From contig LADP01000036.1 in the NCBI GenBank assembly GCA_000961575.1, forward strand, positions 24,283 to 88,282: 64,000 nt of DNA, read 5' to 3'. This stretch comes from Peptococcaceae bacterium BRH_c8a (lineage in GTDB: Bacteria; Bacillota; Desulfotomaculia; Desulfotomaculales; Desulfallaceae). This document shows positions 1 through 9,879 of this stretch, one piece after another. The notes under the pieces were generated by a model. The model ran no database searches. It was not told where the DNA came from and saw only the letters and a list, made by a program, of their open reading frames with translations. Positions within the stretch are counted from its first letter, which is position 1. Every line of letters begins with the position of its first letter. The translations under genes were made by a program, and so were the position numbers.

Positions 1-1
1 C

Positions 2-778
2 ATCGATGTGGGCACCAACGGGGAAATGGTGTTGGGAAATAGTGAGTGGCTTGTGGCTTGTGCCTGTTCGGCCGGCCCTGCCTTTGAAGGCGGTGGAATA
101 ATGCATGGCATGCGGGCCATGAACGGAGCTATTGAACGCATCACCATCGAGCCAAGTTCCCTTGACGTACACTGGGAAACGATAGGGAATAGGAGTCCCG
201 TTGGTATCTGTGGATCGGGTTTAATTGATTGCATAGCAGCGCTGCTGGAATGTGGTCTAATAGACCGTACCGGCAGCTTTAAGCCACCTGCACCCCACCC
301 CAGGGTGCGCCTGGAAGATGGGGAAAAGAAGTTTATCCTGGTGTTTGCGGAGCAATCAGGGACAGGGTGCGAGATTACCATTTCTGAAGCTGACATAAAA
401 AACCTGCTCCGTTCCAAGGCTGCTGTTTTTGCCGGCATCCGGGCGATGGTGAAACTAATCGGTATGCCGATAGAAGCTATTGAGCAGGTGTATATAGCCG
501 GCGGTTTTGGTAGATATATCAACTTGCCGGATGCTATTAAAATAGGTATGTTTCCGGACCTCCCCTTAGAAAGATACAGGTATATCGGTAACAGTTCCAT
601 AATGGGCGCCAAGATGATATTACTTTCCAGGGAAGCCCGAGATGATGCCGAAATGCTGGCTGAAAAAATAACTTACCTTGAATTAAGTGTTGGAAATGAT
701 TTTATGGAGGAGTTTGTAGCGGCGTTATTCATTCCCCATACCAACCTGGAACTGTTCCCAGGATATCTAGCTGGCTAA
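2..778 (+). CDS. ASKHA-fold corrinoid reductive-activase-like protein (RACo/DUF4445-like), C-terminal part; 5' end outside window
   Basis: Frame is open from the window edge to the TAA at 776-778. Motifs GTNGEMVLG, ACSAGPAFEGGGI and GICGSGLID look like the actin-like ATPase domain of corrinoid activation proteins. Confidence 0.55.
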   Translation: MDVGTNGEMVLGNSEWLVACACSAGPAFEGGGIMHGMRAMNGAIERITIEPSSLDVHWETIGNRSPVGICGSGLIDCIAALLECGLIDRTGSFKPPAPHPRVRLEDGEKKFILVFAEQSGTGCEITISEADIKNLLRSKAAVFAGIRAMVKLIGMPIEAIEQVYIAGGFGRYINLPDAIKIGMFPDLPLERYRYIGNSSIMGAKMILLSREARDDAEMLAEKITYLELSVGNDFMEEFVAALFIPHTNLELFPGYLAG

Positions 779-907
779 ATAAATTGACATATGTTCTTTT
801 GTGTATCCTTAATTAAACTAGGTTTAACAAGAACGAGGCACCACCCTGTAGGGTAGGCCCCGCCCCTATTTTTAAAGCGACTTGCTTCCAGTAATAAGTA
901 ATCAATT

Positions 908-936
908 ATAAGGCTGTGGTCTTTGTACAGCCTTAT
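908..936. terminator. Hairpin between convergent genes (possible bidirectional terminator)
   Basis: Perfect 10-bp inverted repeat ATAAGGCTGT/ACAGCCTTAT with a 9-nt loop and A/T-rich flanks. It sits directly after the stop of the minus-strand ORF 941-1210. Confidence 0.4.
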
Positions 937-940
937 AATA

Positions 941-1210
941 TTACTCTTTAACCAACTCCACTGTTCCACCTGCTTCTTTAATGGAATCAATAATGCTAGA
1001 CAAGCTGGCATTGCCTGCCAGTAACGGGATCCTTACAATCAGACATATTCCGGAAGGTGATGTTATTTCAATAAGATTAAGAAGATTAATTACAGCACCG
1101 GCAGGGATAAAAATTCTAATTAATGTTCCCGGTAATTGGGGGCATTCTTGAGTGGGTACCTTATTGTTGTAACCTGGTGTAGTCCATTTTCCGCCATCCT
1201 TCGTGTGCAT
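941..1210 (-). CDS. Small hypothetical protein, possibly NIL/ACT-like ligand-binding fold
   Basis: 89-aa ORF followed by a hairpin. The C-terminal half (IRIFIPAGAVINLLNLIEITSP...SIIDSIKEAGGTVELV) only loosely resembles NIL-type domains, so this is a weak call. Confidence 0.3.
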   Translation of the reverse strand: MHTKDGGKWTTPGYNNKVPTQECPQLPGTLIRIFIPAGAVINLLNLIEITSPSGICLIVRIPLLAGNASLSSIIDSIKEAGGTVELVKE

Positions 1211-1403
1211 GAGCAGTCCCTCCTAATTATTTTACTATACCATTATATGGTTAAAATAATAAAAAGTTCATTATATTAACAGCAATTTTAATAGACCTAA
1301 GTGATAAAAATTTATGTTTGTCTTTCACTGCATTAATTTGTTGTATACAGTTTGGGGGATAAAAAATTAAATAAGGGAGAAATTATTATGGGAGGTGATA
1401 AGG

Positions 1404-1757
1404 ATGAACAAGACAGCAACAGCACTCATTATTAAGTTTGCCATGACCTTTATTTTTGCCGCCATTGCATTCATCACCATGAATAATAATGCCTGGATGT
1501 GGGTGCTTTTAGTGGCCCTGGGAGGGACAGCCCTTAATTACTGGGTGGGTGATTTGATGGTTTTGCCTAAATACGGTAATATAGTGGCTTCATTAGGCGA
1601 TGGGGTAATGGCTCTTGTGGTTGCTTATATTGTAGATTTACTGGTTGTACCTTTTCGTACCGGCCTGACTTCTTTAATTGTGTTTGCCGTACTGATAGCG
1701 GTTGGAGAGTATTTCTTCCACCAATACCTGCGCCGGTCTGCCAAGGCTGAGTCTTAA
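1404..1757 (+). CDS. DUF2512/YndM-family small membrane protein
   Basis: GGGAGGTGA SD lies 5 nt before the ATG at 1404 (the track ORF starts at 1395). Three or four hydrophobic helices and an ALIIKFAMTF...YWVGDLMVLPKYGN pattern are typical of the YndM family. A strong terminator follows. Confidence 0.6.
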   Translation: MNKTATALIIKFAMTFIFAAIAFITMNNNAWMWVLLVALGGTALNYWVGDLMVLPKYGNIVASLGDGVMALVVAYIVDLLVVPFRTGLTSLIVFAVLIAVGEYFFHQYLRRSAKAES

Positions 1758-1790
1758 AAACTGTGAACTTTAATCTTTTATGGTTGGCTA

Positions 1791-1831
1791 AAAAAGAGCC
1801 CGGGTCGCTAAACGCGATCCGGGCTCTTTTT
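1791..1831 (+). terminator. Rho-independent terminator
   Basis: AGAGCCCGG ... CCGGGCTCT stem followed by TTTTT. An A-tract upstream makes it potentially bidirectional. Confidence 0.85.
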
Positions 1832-1934
1832 GTGATACTCCTTAAATGTTATCACGTGACATCAAGGTCATTTATCCTAAAGATTTAAACGCTTAACATA
1901 CTGCTGCTTGCGATAAATTCGCGCTGTAAGCTAA

Positions 1935-2042
1935 TTATTTCTTTGCATCATATGCGCCAAAGAATGGAAACATTCCGAATACCAGCAGGATAAGCACCAG
2001 GAACAGGATGAAACCACCGCCACCACCAGAACCGTAAGCCAT
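1935..2042 (-). CDS. YjcZ-family small sporulation protein (35 aa), not in the ORF track
   Basis: The reverse complement reads AAGGAGG-N9-ATG, then MAYGSGGGGGFILFLVLILLVFGMFPFFGAYDAKK, then stop. A Gly-rich N-terminus plus a single hydrophobic helix is the YjcZ-like architecture. Confidence 0.6.
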   Translation of the reverse strand: MAYGSGGGGGFILFLVLILLVFGMFPFFGAYDAKK

Positions 2043-2276
2043 TGAAATTAAACCTCCTTGCTTTAGTTATTTTGGTTTTTTTGTTTTTCGGTTTATACTA
2101 TGCGACCATGCCAGTATGTGTTAACGCCTGAGGTAAATGATAAAAACCTAATTAACCGGGCTTATTGACCGTTGTTATAACTGTTGGTTAAGAAATAATA
2201 CACAGGAATTTTAATGTGGGAAGGAATTATTTGATTTAATGATGAAATAATCTGATAATAGAAACGATTAGGAGGG

Positions 2277-3122
2277 TTGCGTTTGCATTATAGACTGCTC
2301 ATTGCCTTATTTTTGGTTTTGGCTTTCTTGTCGGGTTGCTCTAAAGGTGATGTAACTGCACTGATGTTCGCTGCCAGCGACGGTAAAGATGAAACCGTGC
2401 GGGAACTTCTGGACAAGGGCCTGGATGTTAATACTAGATTTGACGGTAAGGAAACGGCCCTGATGCGGGCGTCCCTACACGGTCAACAGGATGTGTTAGA
2501 AGTACTATTGGAACGGGATGCCGATGTTAACGCCGTTGATGACGATGGTATGAACGCTCTGATGCGGGCTGCACTAAACGGTCATCGTGCGGCGGTAGAA
2601 AAGCTGCTTTCGGCCGGAGCGGAAGTCAATGCAACCGATGCCATGGGTGGTACGGCACTGACATTGGCTGCATTTAAAAACCATGTTGACGTTATGCGGG
2701 TATTGCTGGAGCATGGAGCGGTCGTAGATGCACAGAACAAGAATGGCATGACGGCGCTTATGTTCGCCAGTGGTGAGGGAAACATTGATTGCATAGAGAT
2801 GTTACTGGAGCACGGTGCAAGTCCGTATAAAAAGAATGTGGACGGAGCCAATGCTTTAATATTGGCTACGATAAGTGGAAAAACCCTGGCAGTGCGTGAG
2901 TTATTGGAAAACGGCGCTCAGGTGAACGCCAGGGATAACGAAGGTGCAACAGCGTTAATTATGGCTGCCAATTATAAACACACAGAAATTCTTAACATAC
3001 TGCTGGAGTACGGTGCGAATGTAAATCCTAAGCAAATCGATGGGTGGACAGCCTTAATGTTTGCCGAAGAGAAAGGTCAGGATGAAATGATCAAGTCGTT
3101 GAAAGAAGCCGGGGCCAGGTAA
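2277..3122 (+). CDS. Ankyrin-repeat lipoprotein
   Basis: Signal peptide with lipobox LSGC, followed by about 8 tandem 33-aa ankyrin repeats (G.TALM.A...GH..VV..LL..GA.VNA). The real start is probably the TTG at 2283, 6 nt after GGAGGG. Confidence 0.8.
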   Translation: MRLHYRLLIALFLVLAFLSGCSKGDVTALMFAASDGKDETVRELLDKGLDVNTRFDGKETALMRASLHGQQDVLEVLLERDADVNAVDDDGMNALMRAALNGHRAAVEKLLSAGAEVNATDAMGGTALTLAAFKNHVDVMRVLLEHGAVVDAQNKNGMTALMFASGEGNIDCIEMLLEHGASPYKKNVDGANALILATISGKTLAVRELLENGAQVNARDNEGATALIMAANYKHTEILNILLEYGANVNPKQIDGWTALMFAEEKGQDEMIKSLKEAGAR

Positions 3123-3295
3123 CCTCTCAAGAGATTTGCCTTCGCTTAAAAACCCATAGAGCGTACATCTTTAGGCATAATTTGGCTAAAGATGTACGTC
3201 AGGTACAATTTACCCTTATGCAGCGGGGTTATTTTTTTGCACATTTAACAATAATAACAAACGAAAGAATACTATTATTTTGGAGTGATCAGGGC

Positions 3296-4138
3296 ATGCG
3301 CTCCATGTGGAAAGGTGCCGTTACTTTCGGTTTGATATATGTCCCTGTCAAACTATATGCGGCCACAGAAAAAAAGGACGTTAAGTTCAACTACCTGCAT
3401 AAAAAATGCAGCACTCCGGTGCGCTACGTACGCTTTTGCCCTTATTGTGACGACGAGGTGGAAATGGGTGAAATAGTAAGGGGATTTGAATACGAAAAGG
3501 GCCGGTATATTACCATGACTGACGAAGAACTGGCCGAAGTGGCCGGGGAAAAAGAGCGTAGTATTGAAATAGTCGATTTTGTTGATGCAGGGTTAATTGA
3601 CCCCGTGTATTATGATCGTTCCTACTATCTGGCGCCTGGTGAGGGCGGAACCAAAGTATACGCTCTGCTTAAACAGGCTATGGAAGAGAGCGGGAGGGCC
3701 GCTGTGGCACACGTGGCTATCAGGAGCAGGAAATCATTGTGTGTAATTCGGCCGGCTGGCCAGGCGCTGGTTATGGAAACCATGTTTTATGCCGATGAAG
3801 TACGCCAGGTGGAAAAAATTGAGGAGATTGGCGCCCCGGCCAAGGTACATGAAAATGAAATTAAAATGGCGGTTAGCCTCATTGACAGTCTGACCGTAGC
3901 TTTCGACCCGGCCAAATATAAAAGCGAATACCGGGAAAAACTTCACGAGGCTATTCGGGCTAAAATAGCCGGCGAAGCAGTAGTTGAAAAACCGGCCATA
4001 CCTGACACCGAGAAGGTAGTAGACCTGATGTCAGCATTAAAGGCCAGTATTGATTTGGCGCGGGATCAACGAGACAAAAAACCGCGTACCCGAAAAACCA
4101 CGCCACAAAAACGCAAAGCGGCGGCCGACAAAAAGTAA
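3296..4138 (+). CDS. ku: Ku DNA end-binding protein (NHEJ)
   Basis: MRSMWKGAVTFGLIYVPVKLYAA is the canonical bacterial Ku N-terminus, and the C-terminal tail is Lys-rich. The track ORF start at 3182 is an upstream extension. Confidence 0.9.
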   Translation: MRSMWKGAVTFGLIYVPVKLYAATEKKDVKFNYLHKKCSTPVRYVRFCPYCDDEVEMGEIVRGFEYEKGRYITMTDEELAEVAGEKERSIEIVDFVDAGLIDPVYYDRSYYLAPGEGGTKVYALLKQAMEESGRAAVAHVAIRSRKSLCVIRPAGQALVMETMFYADEVRQVEKIEEIGAPAKVHENEIKMAVSLIDSLTVAFDPAKYKSEYREKLHEAIRAKIAGEAVVEKPAIPDTEKVVDLMSALKASIDLARDQRDKKPRTRKTTPQKRKAAADKK

Positions 4139-4207
4139 TAGTCGTTATGCTTTTAGCATCAATTAAAATGCTGTCGGGGGTGCATTAACCTGCATGCCAC
4201 AGGAGCT

Positions 4208-5155
4208 TTGCCACTAGTTAAACCTATGTTGGCCGTGTCTGCGGATCCATTCGATGACCCTGACTATGTATTTGAGGTTAAGTGGGATGGTTACCGCTGC
4301 CTTGCTTACTTGGAAGCAGGGACGGCCACCCTGTTTTCCAGGAATCTTAAAAATATAACCCCTCATTTTCCTGACCTGGGGGATATGTATCGGCAGGCTC
4401 AAAAAACTTCAGTAATTTTAGACGGTGAGATAATCGTTCTACGAGACGGGCAGCCGTCTTTTGCCGCTTTACAATCCCGGGCTAGACTTACCGATAGTCA
4501 GAAGATAAGCTGGGCGGCGCAGAGTATGCCGGCTCTTTACATGGCATTTGATATACTTTATTGCCAGGGCAATTCGCTGTTGGATTTTCCGTTGTCTGAC
4601 CGGTTTGAGGAATTAAAGGCAGTTGTTGGGCCAAACCGGTTGATTGTTGTTTCGGATGGGGTACGCGGCGCTGGGATATCCTTTTTCCGAGCCTGTGTTG
4701 GCAGGGGCCTTGAAGGGATGATGGCCAAGCGCATGGACAGCAGGTACCTGCCCGGAACCAGGTCACCCCTGTGGAAGAAAATACGTGCCACTCGTGAAGC
4801 TGACTTAGTAATTTGCGGGTATCGGAGCGGTAAGGGCAGTCGGCGGTTGGGGGCGCTGGTACTGGGTGCCTGGAATGGCAAAGAATTTGCTTACCAGGGG
4901 CTTGTGGGCACTGGTATCGACAGGGTTGCAGAAGAGGCCTTGTTAATTAAACTGGCGGCCATTGGCACTAAGCATAAAAGCCTGGAGGTGGCAGAACTCT
5001 TGGGGCGGTCTGTACACTGGGTAATACCTGAAATAGTGTGCAGGGTAGAATACCTGACCCTTACCGGGCAGGGGCTTCTTAGGCACCCGGTCTACCGGGG
5101 ACTGCGCAGTGATAAAAATCCCCGGGAGTGTAGACCGGCGGATGAACAGTGTTAA
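4208..5155 (+). CDS. ligD: ATP-dependent DNA ligase (LigD ligase domain as a stand-alone protein)
   Basis: Adenylation motif EVKWDGYR and downstream DGEIV, EGMMAKR and LWKKIR motifs. The start is ambiguous: TTG 4208 is only 2 nt after GGAG, and ATG 4226 is the alternative. Confidence 0.85.
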   Translation: MPLVKPMLAVSADPFDDPDYVFEVKWDGYRCLAYLEAGTATLFSRNLKNITPHFPDLGDMYRQAQKTSVILDGEIIVLRDGQPSFAALQSRARLTDSQKISWAAQSMPALYMAFDILYCQGNSLLDFPLSDRFEELKAVVGPNRLIVVSDGVRGAGISFFRACVGRGLEGMMAKRMDSRYLPGTRSPLWKKIRATREADLVICGYRSGKGSRRLGALVLGAWNGKEFAYQGLVGTGIDRVAEEALLIKLAAIGTKHKSLEVAELLGRSVHWVIPEIVCRVEYLTLTGQGLLRHPVYRGLRSDKNPRECRPADEQC

Positions 5156-5227
5156 AGAATTTGTGGTAGTTTCCCCACCAAGACCATACTAAGAAACACA
5201 TTAAGATTTTGAATTGAGGTAGAAATT

Positions 5228-6181
5228 ATGGGCGAAAAGGCTAGGGAAATAGTTGAGATTGATGGTCGGGTGCTAACCCTGTCCAATTTGGACAAGATGA
5301 TGTGGCCGGAAGAAAATATCACTAAGGCGCACCTGATTAAATATTACCTTGATTTGGCACCGGTTTTGCTTCCTTACATCCGCAATAGGCCGCTGGTGAT
5401 GAAAAGGTATCCAGACGGAATCCAAGGGGATTTTTTTTATCAGAAAGAATGCCCGGATTACGCTCCTGACTGGGTGGAAACGTATTCCGTTAAACATACC
5501 CATAAGGTAATCAACTATATCGTTTGTAACGACACCCCTACCCTGGCCTGGATGGCCGGTCAGGGATGCCTGGAGATACATGCCTGGCTTAGTCGGGTAG
5601 ATGAAATTGATTGCCCTGACTTGGCGGTATTTGACCTAGACCCGGCCGAAGGCGTCTCTTTCAGCTCGGTAAAGCAAGTGGCTCTGATTGTCCGCGGTGT
5701 CTTGGAACAGTTTGAAATAACCGGTTTTCCTAAAACCTCTGGTTCAAGCGGCATGCACGTTTTCATACCTTTAGAAGCTGATTACTCGTTCACCCGGGTT
5801 ACTGAAGCCATGAAATACCTGGCCGAATTAATTTTGCGGGCTTACCCTGACCTTGTTACGGTGGAAAGGAGCAAGGCCAAACGCAAAGGTAAGGTTTATC
5901 TTGATTATCTACAAAACGGATGGGGTAAAACCATGGCTTTCCCATATAGTTTAAGACCGCTGTCCGGTGCGCCGGTATCCACACCTTTAACCTGGCATGA
6001 AGTAGAATATAAAGAATTTAGTCATCGATTTTATAACATACAGAACATTGCCCGGCGAATTAGCCAGAATGGCGACCCTTACTCCAATATTTTTCAGGCC
6101 CCGCAGAGCCTTGACCGACTGTTTAATGTTCTGTCTCCGGAGCAGTTTGATATTTCGGCTGTTGATTCCGCACGCCTGTGA
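5228..6181 (+). CDS. LigD polymerase/primase (AEP) domain protein
   Basis: The PDW...VFDLDP...SGSSGMHVFIPL...YLDYLQN pattern is characteristic of the LigD primase-polymerase domain. It lies directly downstream of the ligase gene. Confidence 0.85.
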   Translation: MGEKAREIVEIDGRVLTLSNLDKMMWPEENITKAHLIKYYLDLAPVLLPYIRNRPLVMKRYPDGIQGDFFYQKECPDYAPDWVETYSVKHTHKVINYIVCNDTPTLAWMAGQGCLEIHAWLSRVDEIDCPDLAVFDLDPAEGVSFSSVKQVALIVRGVLEQFEITGFPKTSGSSGMHVFIPLEADYSFTRVTEAMKYLAELILRAYPDLVTVERSKAKRKGKVYLDYLQNGWGKTMAFPYSLRPLSGAPVSTPLTWHEVEYKEFSHRFYNIQNIARRISQNGDPYSNIFQAPQSLDRLFNVLSPEQFDISAVDSARL

Positions 6182-6359
6182 AGTATATAATATGGCGATA
6201 GATATTATGGCACAAGCAGGAAAATTATATTTTACCTTGAAAGTGTGCATTAAGCGCAGGGAAAATTGTGCAAATCAAGTGCTTAACCATAATTTATATT
6301 TAGTTTGCCAAAGCGCTAATTTAAAAAGTAATTAACTAAGGCTTAAATGGTGGACTGAG

Positions 6360-7457
6360 ATGGATAATAAAAAAGTTTGCTGGCTGGCCTGGCATATTAT
6401 ACTGGCCGGGCAAGCGCGTCGGTTTTGGGAAATTATGAACCGTTTTGGTGATCCGGTAAAGGCCTGGTACGCACCGGACAATGAGTTCGGAACCGCTTCC
6501 GGGCTGCTGGCGGGATACCGCAACGAGACCCTGGAACGAAGACGAAACACTAATCTGAATCAAGTGGCCGCCTTTTTGGATAGCAGTAATAAAGAAACAT
6601 CTCTGCTTTTTTATACCGACGCAGATTACCCTGAACAACTAAAGAATATATTCGATCCCCCGCCGGTTTTATATCTGCGGGGTAACCGGAGTAGTCTGCG
6701 GGATGTGCCGGTGGCCCTGGTTGGATCTAGACGGGCTACACCATACGGACTTAGTGTGGCTGAAAACTTAGCCCGGGATCTGGCTGCCGCAAGTGTCGGG
6801 GTAGTCAGCGGTATGGCCAGGGGCATTGATACTGCCGCTCATCGAGGGGCTATCAAGGGCGGTGGTAGGACGGTGGCGGTGTTGGGGTGTGGAGTAGATG
6901 TAGTTTACCCGCGGGAAAACGCCAGGTTGGTAGATGAAATTGCAATCACCGGAGCTGTAATTAGCGAATTCCCGCCGGGTTCCCAGCCCGAACCATGGCA
7001 TTTCCCCGTACGTAACCGGGTTATCAGCGGGCTTTCCAGGATAGTGGTGGTAGTTGAAGCTACAGAGAAAAGCGGTGCCCTGATCACAGCCAATGTGGCT
7101 TTGGAACAAGGGCGTGATGTTATGGCGGTGCCGGGACAGATTACCGCCCCGTACAGCCGGGGGCCTAACAATTTGATTAAACAGGGTGCGGCGGTAGTGC
7201 TAGGCGCTGGGGATATAATGGCCGAGCTGGGTATGGGCGTGCTGTTTGCACCGCATGCAAATGATAATTCAGGTCACTTGAAAATGAATGAAGATGAGGT
7301 ACTGTTGAGCAGACTTATTGAATACGAACCCGTTTCAGTGGAAATGCTGGTCCAAAAAACCGGTTTGCCTGCCGGACAGGTGCTGACAGCATTAATGTTT
7401 TTGGAAATGAAGGGCTTGATTAAGCAAATGCCGGGCAGGCTTTACACCAAAACCTAG
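6360..7457 (+). CDS. dprA: DNA processing protein DprA (Smf)
   Basis: VALVGSRRATPYG...VSGMARGIDTAAHRGA...VLGCGVDVVYPREN core and a C-terminal winged-helix-like tail. Lies upstream of topA, as in Bacillus. Confidence 0.9.
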   Translation: MDNKKVCWLAWHIILAGQARRFWEIMNRFGDPVKAWYAPDNEFGTASGLLAGYRNETLERRRNTNLNQVAAFLDSSNKETSLLFYTDADYPEQLKNIFDPPPVLYLRGNRSSLRDVPVALVGSRRATPYGLSVAENLARDLAAASVGVVSGMARGIDTAAHRGAIKGGGRTVAVLGCGVDVVYPRENARLVDEIAITGAVISEFPPGSQPEPWHFPVRNRVISGLSRIVVVVEATEKSGALITANVALEQGRDVMAVPGQITAPYSRGPNNLIKQGAAVVLGAGDIMAELGMGVLFAPHANDNSGHLKMNEDEVLLSRLIEYEPVSVEMLVQKTGLPAGQVLTALMFLEMKGLIKQMPGRLYTKT

Positions 7458-7621
7458 TAAAGTACCTTTCCTTGTAACGATTGTTTTTACGTCAAGAGAT
7501 GAACTAAATACTTTGCCTAAAAATGGGCAAGGGTTTCTCAGTCAAGGCACTAGTGTTCTAAAACATCGTTATGCGGGATACATTTACCAAAAGAAGCGCG
7601 ATTATTATTGAGGTGAATAGT

Positions 7622-9778
7622 GTGGCTAAGACTCTGGTTATAGTGGAATCACCGGCCAAAGCAAAGAGCTTGGGGAAATTCCTGGGCCGAAATTATACCG
7701 TTAAGGCATCGATGGGGCATGTTAGGGATCTACCTAAAAGCCAGTTCGGTGTTGATGAAACGAAGGGTTTCAAACCCAAATATATAACCATCCGCGGCAA
7801 GGGAGATATTATCAAGGAACTAAAGTCAGCCACCAAGAAGGCTGATCGAGTATTGCTTGCTTCTGACCCCGACCGTGAAGGTGAGGCTATCGCTTGGCAC
7901 CTGGCCAACATGTTGGACGTGGATGAAAATACCCCTTGTAGAATTGAGTTTAATGAAGTCACCAAGCAAGCGGTACAAAACGCTGTCAAGCAACCACGCC
8001 CCATAGACCACCACAGGGTGGACGCACAGCAGGCCAGGCGTATCCTTGACCGGTTGGTGGGTTACAACCTAAGCCCGCTGTTGTGGCGCAAGGTAAAAAA
8101 AGGTCTCAGCGCAGGACGGGTTCAATCGGTGGCCATGCGTCTTATCTGTGACCGTGAGGATGAAATACAAGCCTTTGTACCCGAAGAATACTGGTCGCTG
8201 ACTGCCAAATTGTTGAAAGGTAGGAATGGTGCTTTCGAGGCCAAACTGCACAAAATCGATAATAATAAGGCACATATTCCGGATGAAAGCTCAGCGCAGC
8301 AAATTATGGACGATCTGCGGGAAGAAAAATTTGCAGTGGCTTCAGTGACCAAACGCGAAAAAAAGAGGCAACCGGCTCAATCTTTTACCACCAGCAGTCT
8401 GCAGCAAGATGCATACCGTAAATTAAACTTTACGGCTCGCAAGACCATGATGGTAGCCCAGCAGCTGTACGAAGGTCTGGACATGGGCAAGGAAGGGCCG
8501 GTAGGCCTTGTTACTTATATTCGTACCGATTCCACCAGGATTTCAGAAACCGCGGCCTTGGAGGCCAAGGAGTTCATTACGCAGCGATATGGGCCGGATT
8601 ACGCACCGGCAGAAGTACAGCGCCCGGCTCCCAAGGGGCGGACACAGGATGCTCACGAAGCTATCAGACCTACTACGGTGGCCAGAGAGCCTAACAGCAT
8701 TAAAGGGTTTCTCACTAGGGATCAGTTTAAATTATATAAATTAGTTTGGGAACGTTTTATCGCCAGCCAAATGAGCCCGGCCGTTTTTGATACCACCAGC
8801 GTGGATATTAGTGCGGGTAAATATATTTTCCGGGTTGCCGGTTCGATAATGAAGTTTGCCGGTTTCATGCAGGTGTACATTGAGGGGCGGGACGATGAGG
8901 AAGAAGGCGCTGAAGATGGTACTTTTCCCGCGCTTAAGAAGGGCGAAACATTAAAACTTCGTGCATTGGTGCCCAAACAACATTTTACCCAGCCGCCGCC
9001 GCGTTATACTGACGCCACTCTGATTAAGGTACTCGAGGAAAAAGGCATTGGTCGGCCTAGTACATATGCACCCATTGTAGATACCATCCTCAAACGTGGT
9101 TATGTGATTAGGGAGAAAAAAAATTTTTACCCCACTGAGTTGGGGTTCGTGGTAGTTGAACTACTGAAAAAATATTTTACGGATATTATAGATGTTGAAT
9201 TTACCGCTGAGATGGAGGAAAAGTTGGATGGCATTGAGGATGGGGATATTAACTGGGTTAAAATACTCGATGACTTTTATACCCCTTTCCGAAAAATGCT
9301 CACTGTAGCTGAAAAAGAAATTGAACAGATCCAGGTGGAAGATGAAGTCACAGAAGAGGTATGTGAGCAGTGCGGTCGGAATATGGTGGTTAAGATGGGT
9401 AGGTTTGGCAAGTTCCTGGCTTGTCCCGGGTTTCCGGAGTGTCGGAATACCCGGCCGCTGTTGGAACCTACAGGTGTGTCCTGCCCCAAATGTAGTGGTG
9501 AACTGGTGCTCAGACGCAGTAAAAAAGGACGCAAGTTCTACGGCTGCAGTAATTACCCGGAATGCGAGTTTGTTGTTTGGGATCAGCCTACTAATCGCAA
9601 GTGTCCCGAATGCGGTGGCCTAACGGTTGTTAAAGATACCAAGGGGAAAAAAGTATACCGTTGCATCGATAAAGAATGTAGCGGTAAAGTAATTGTTCAA
9701 GATGACGAGGATGAAAATGATGCTACCGCTCAGTCTGATGCTATCGCTCAATCTAGTGCTGTGATACAAAAGTTTTAG
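7622..9778 (+). CDS. topA: DNA topoisomerase I
   Basis: TOPRIM start [15 protein letters not shown], and a C-terminal array of Cys4 zinc ribbons. GAGGTGA SD lies before the GTG at 7622 (track ORF starts at 7571). Confidence 0.95.
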   Translation: MAKTLVIVESPAKAKSLGKFLGRNYTVKASMGHVRDLPKSQFGVDETKGFKPKYITIRGKGDIIKELKSATKKADRVLLASDPDREGEAIAWHLANMLDVDENTPCRIEFNEVTKQAVQNAVKQPRPIDHHRVDAQQARRILDRLVGYNLSPLLWRKVKKGLSAGRVQSVAMRLICDREDEIQAFVPEEYWSLTAKLLKGRNGAFEAKLHKIDNNKAHIPDESSAQQIMDDLREEKFAVASVTKREKKRQPAQSFTTSSLQQDAYRKLNFTARKTMMVAQQLYEGLDMGKEGPVGLVTYIRTDSTRISETAALEAKEFITQRYGPDYAPAEVQRPAPKGRTQDAHEAIRPTTVAREPNSIKGFLTRDQFKLYKLVWERFIASQMSPAVFDTTSVDISAGKYIFRVAGSIMKFAGFMQVYIEGRDDEEEGAEDGTFPALKKGETLKLRALVPKQHFTQPPPRYTDATLIKVLEEKGIGRPSTYAPIVDTILKRGYVIREKKNFYPTELGFVVVELLKKYFTDIIDVEFTAEMEEKLDGIEDGDINWVKILDDFYTPFRKMLTVAEKEIEQIQVEDEVTEEVCEQCGRNMVVKMGRFGKFLACPGFPECRNTRPLLEPTGVSCPKCSGELVLRRSKKGRKFYGCSNYPECEFVVWDQPTNRKCPECGGLTVVKDTKGKKVYRCIDKECSGKVIVQDDEDENDATAQSDAIAQSSAVIQKF

Positions 9779-9879
9779 ATTGCGAAAACTGTATTTTCAT
9801 GAACAAGACCTGGACTAAATACTTTGCTTACAAACTGTGCCAGAATGTATTGACCAAAGGCACAATTGGAGGGAACGAT

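Noticed and set aside
775-1011. 78-aa minus-strand ORF across the first intergenic region
   Set aside because: It runs through the hairpin terminator and overlaps the 941-1210 ORF in another frame, so it is likely spurious.
3182-3295. Upstream extension of the Ku ORF
   Set aside because: The canonical Ku N-terminus MRSMWKGA starts at 3296. The extension has no homology-like features.
5987-6335. ORFs 5987-6250 (-) and 6048-6335 (+) at the end of and downstream of the LigD polymerase gene
   Set aside because: They overlap the well-supported polymerase CDS or the AT-rich spacer. They have no SD and no recognisable features.
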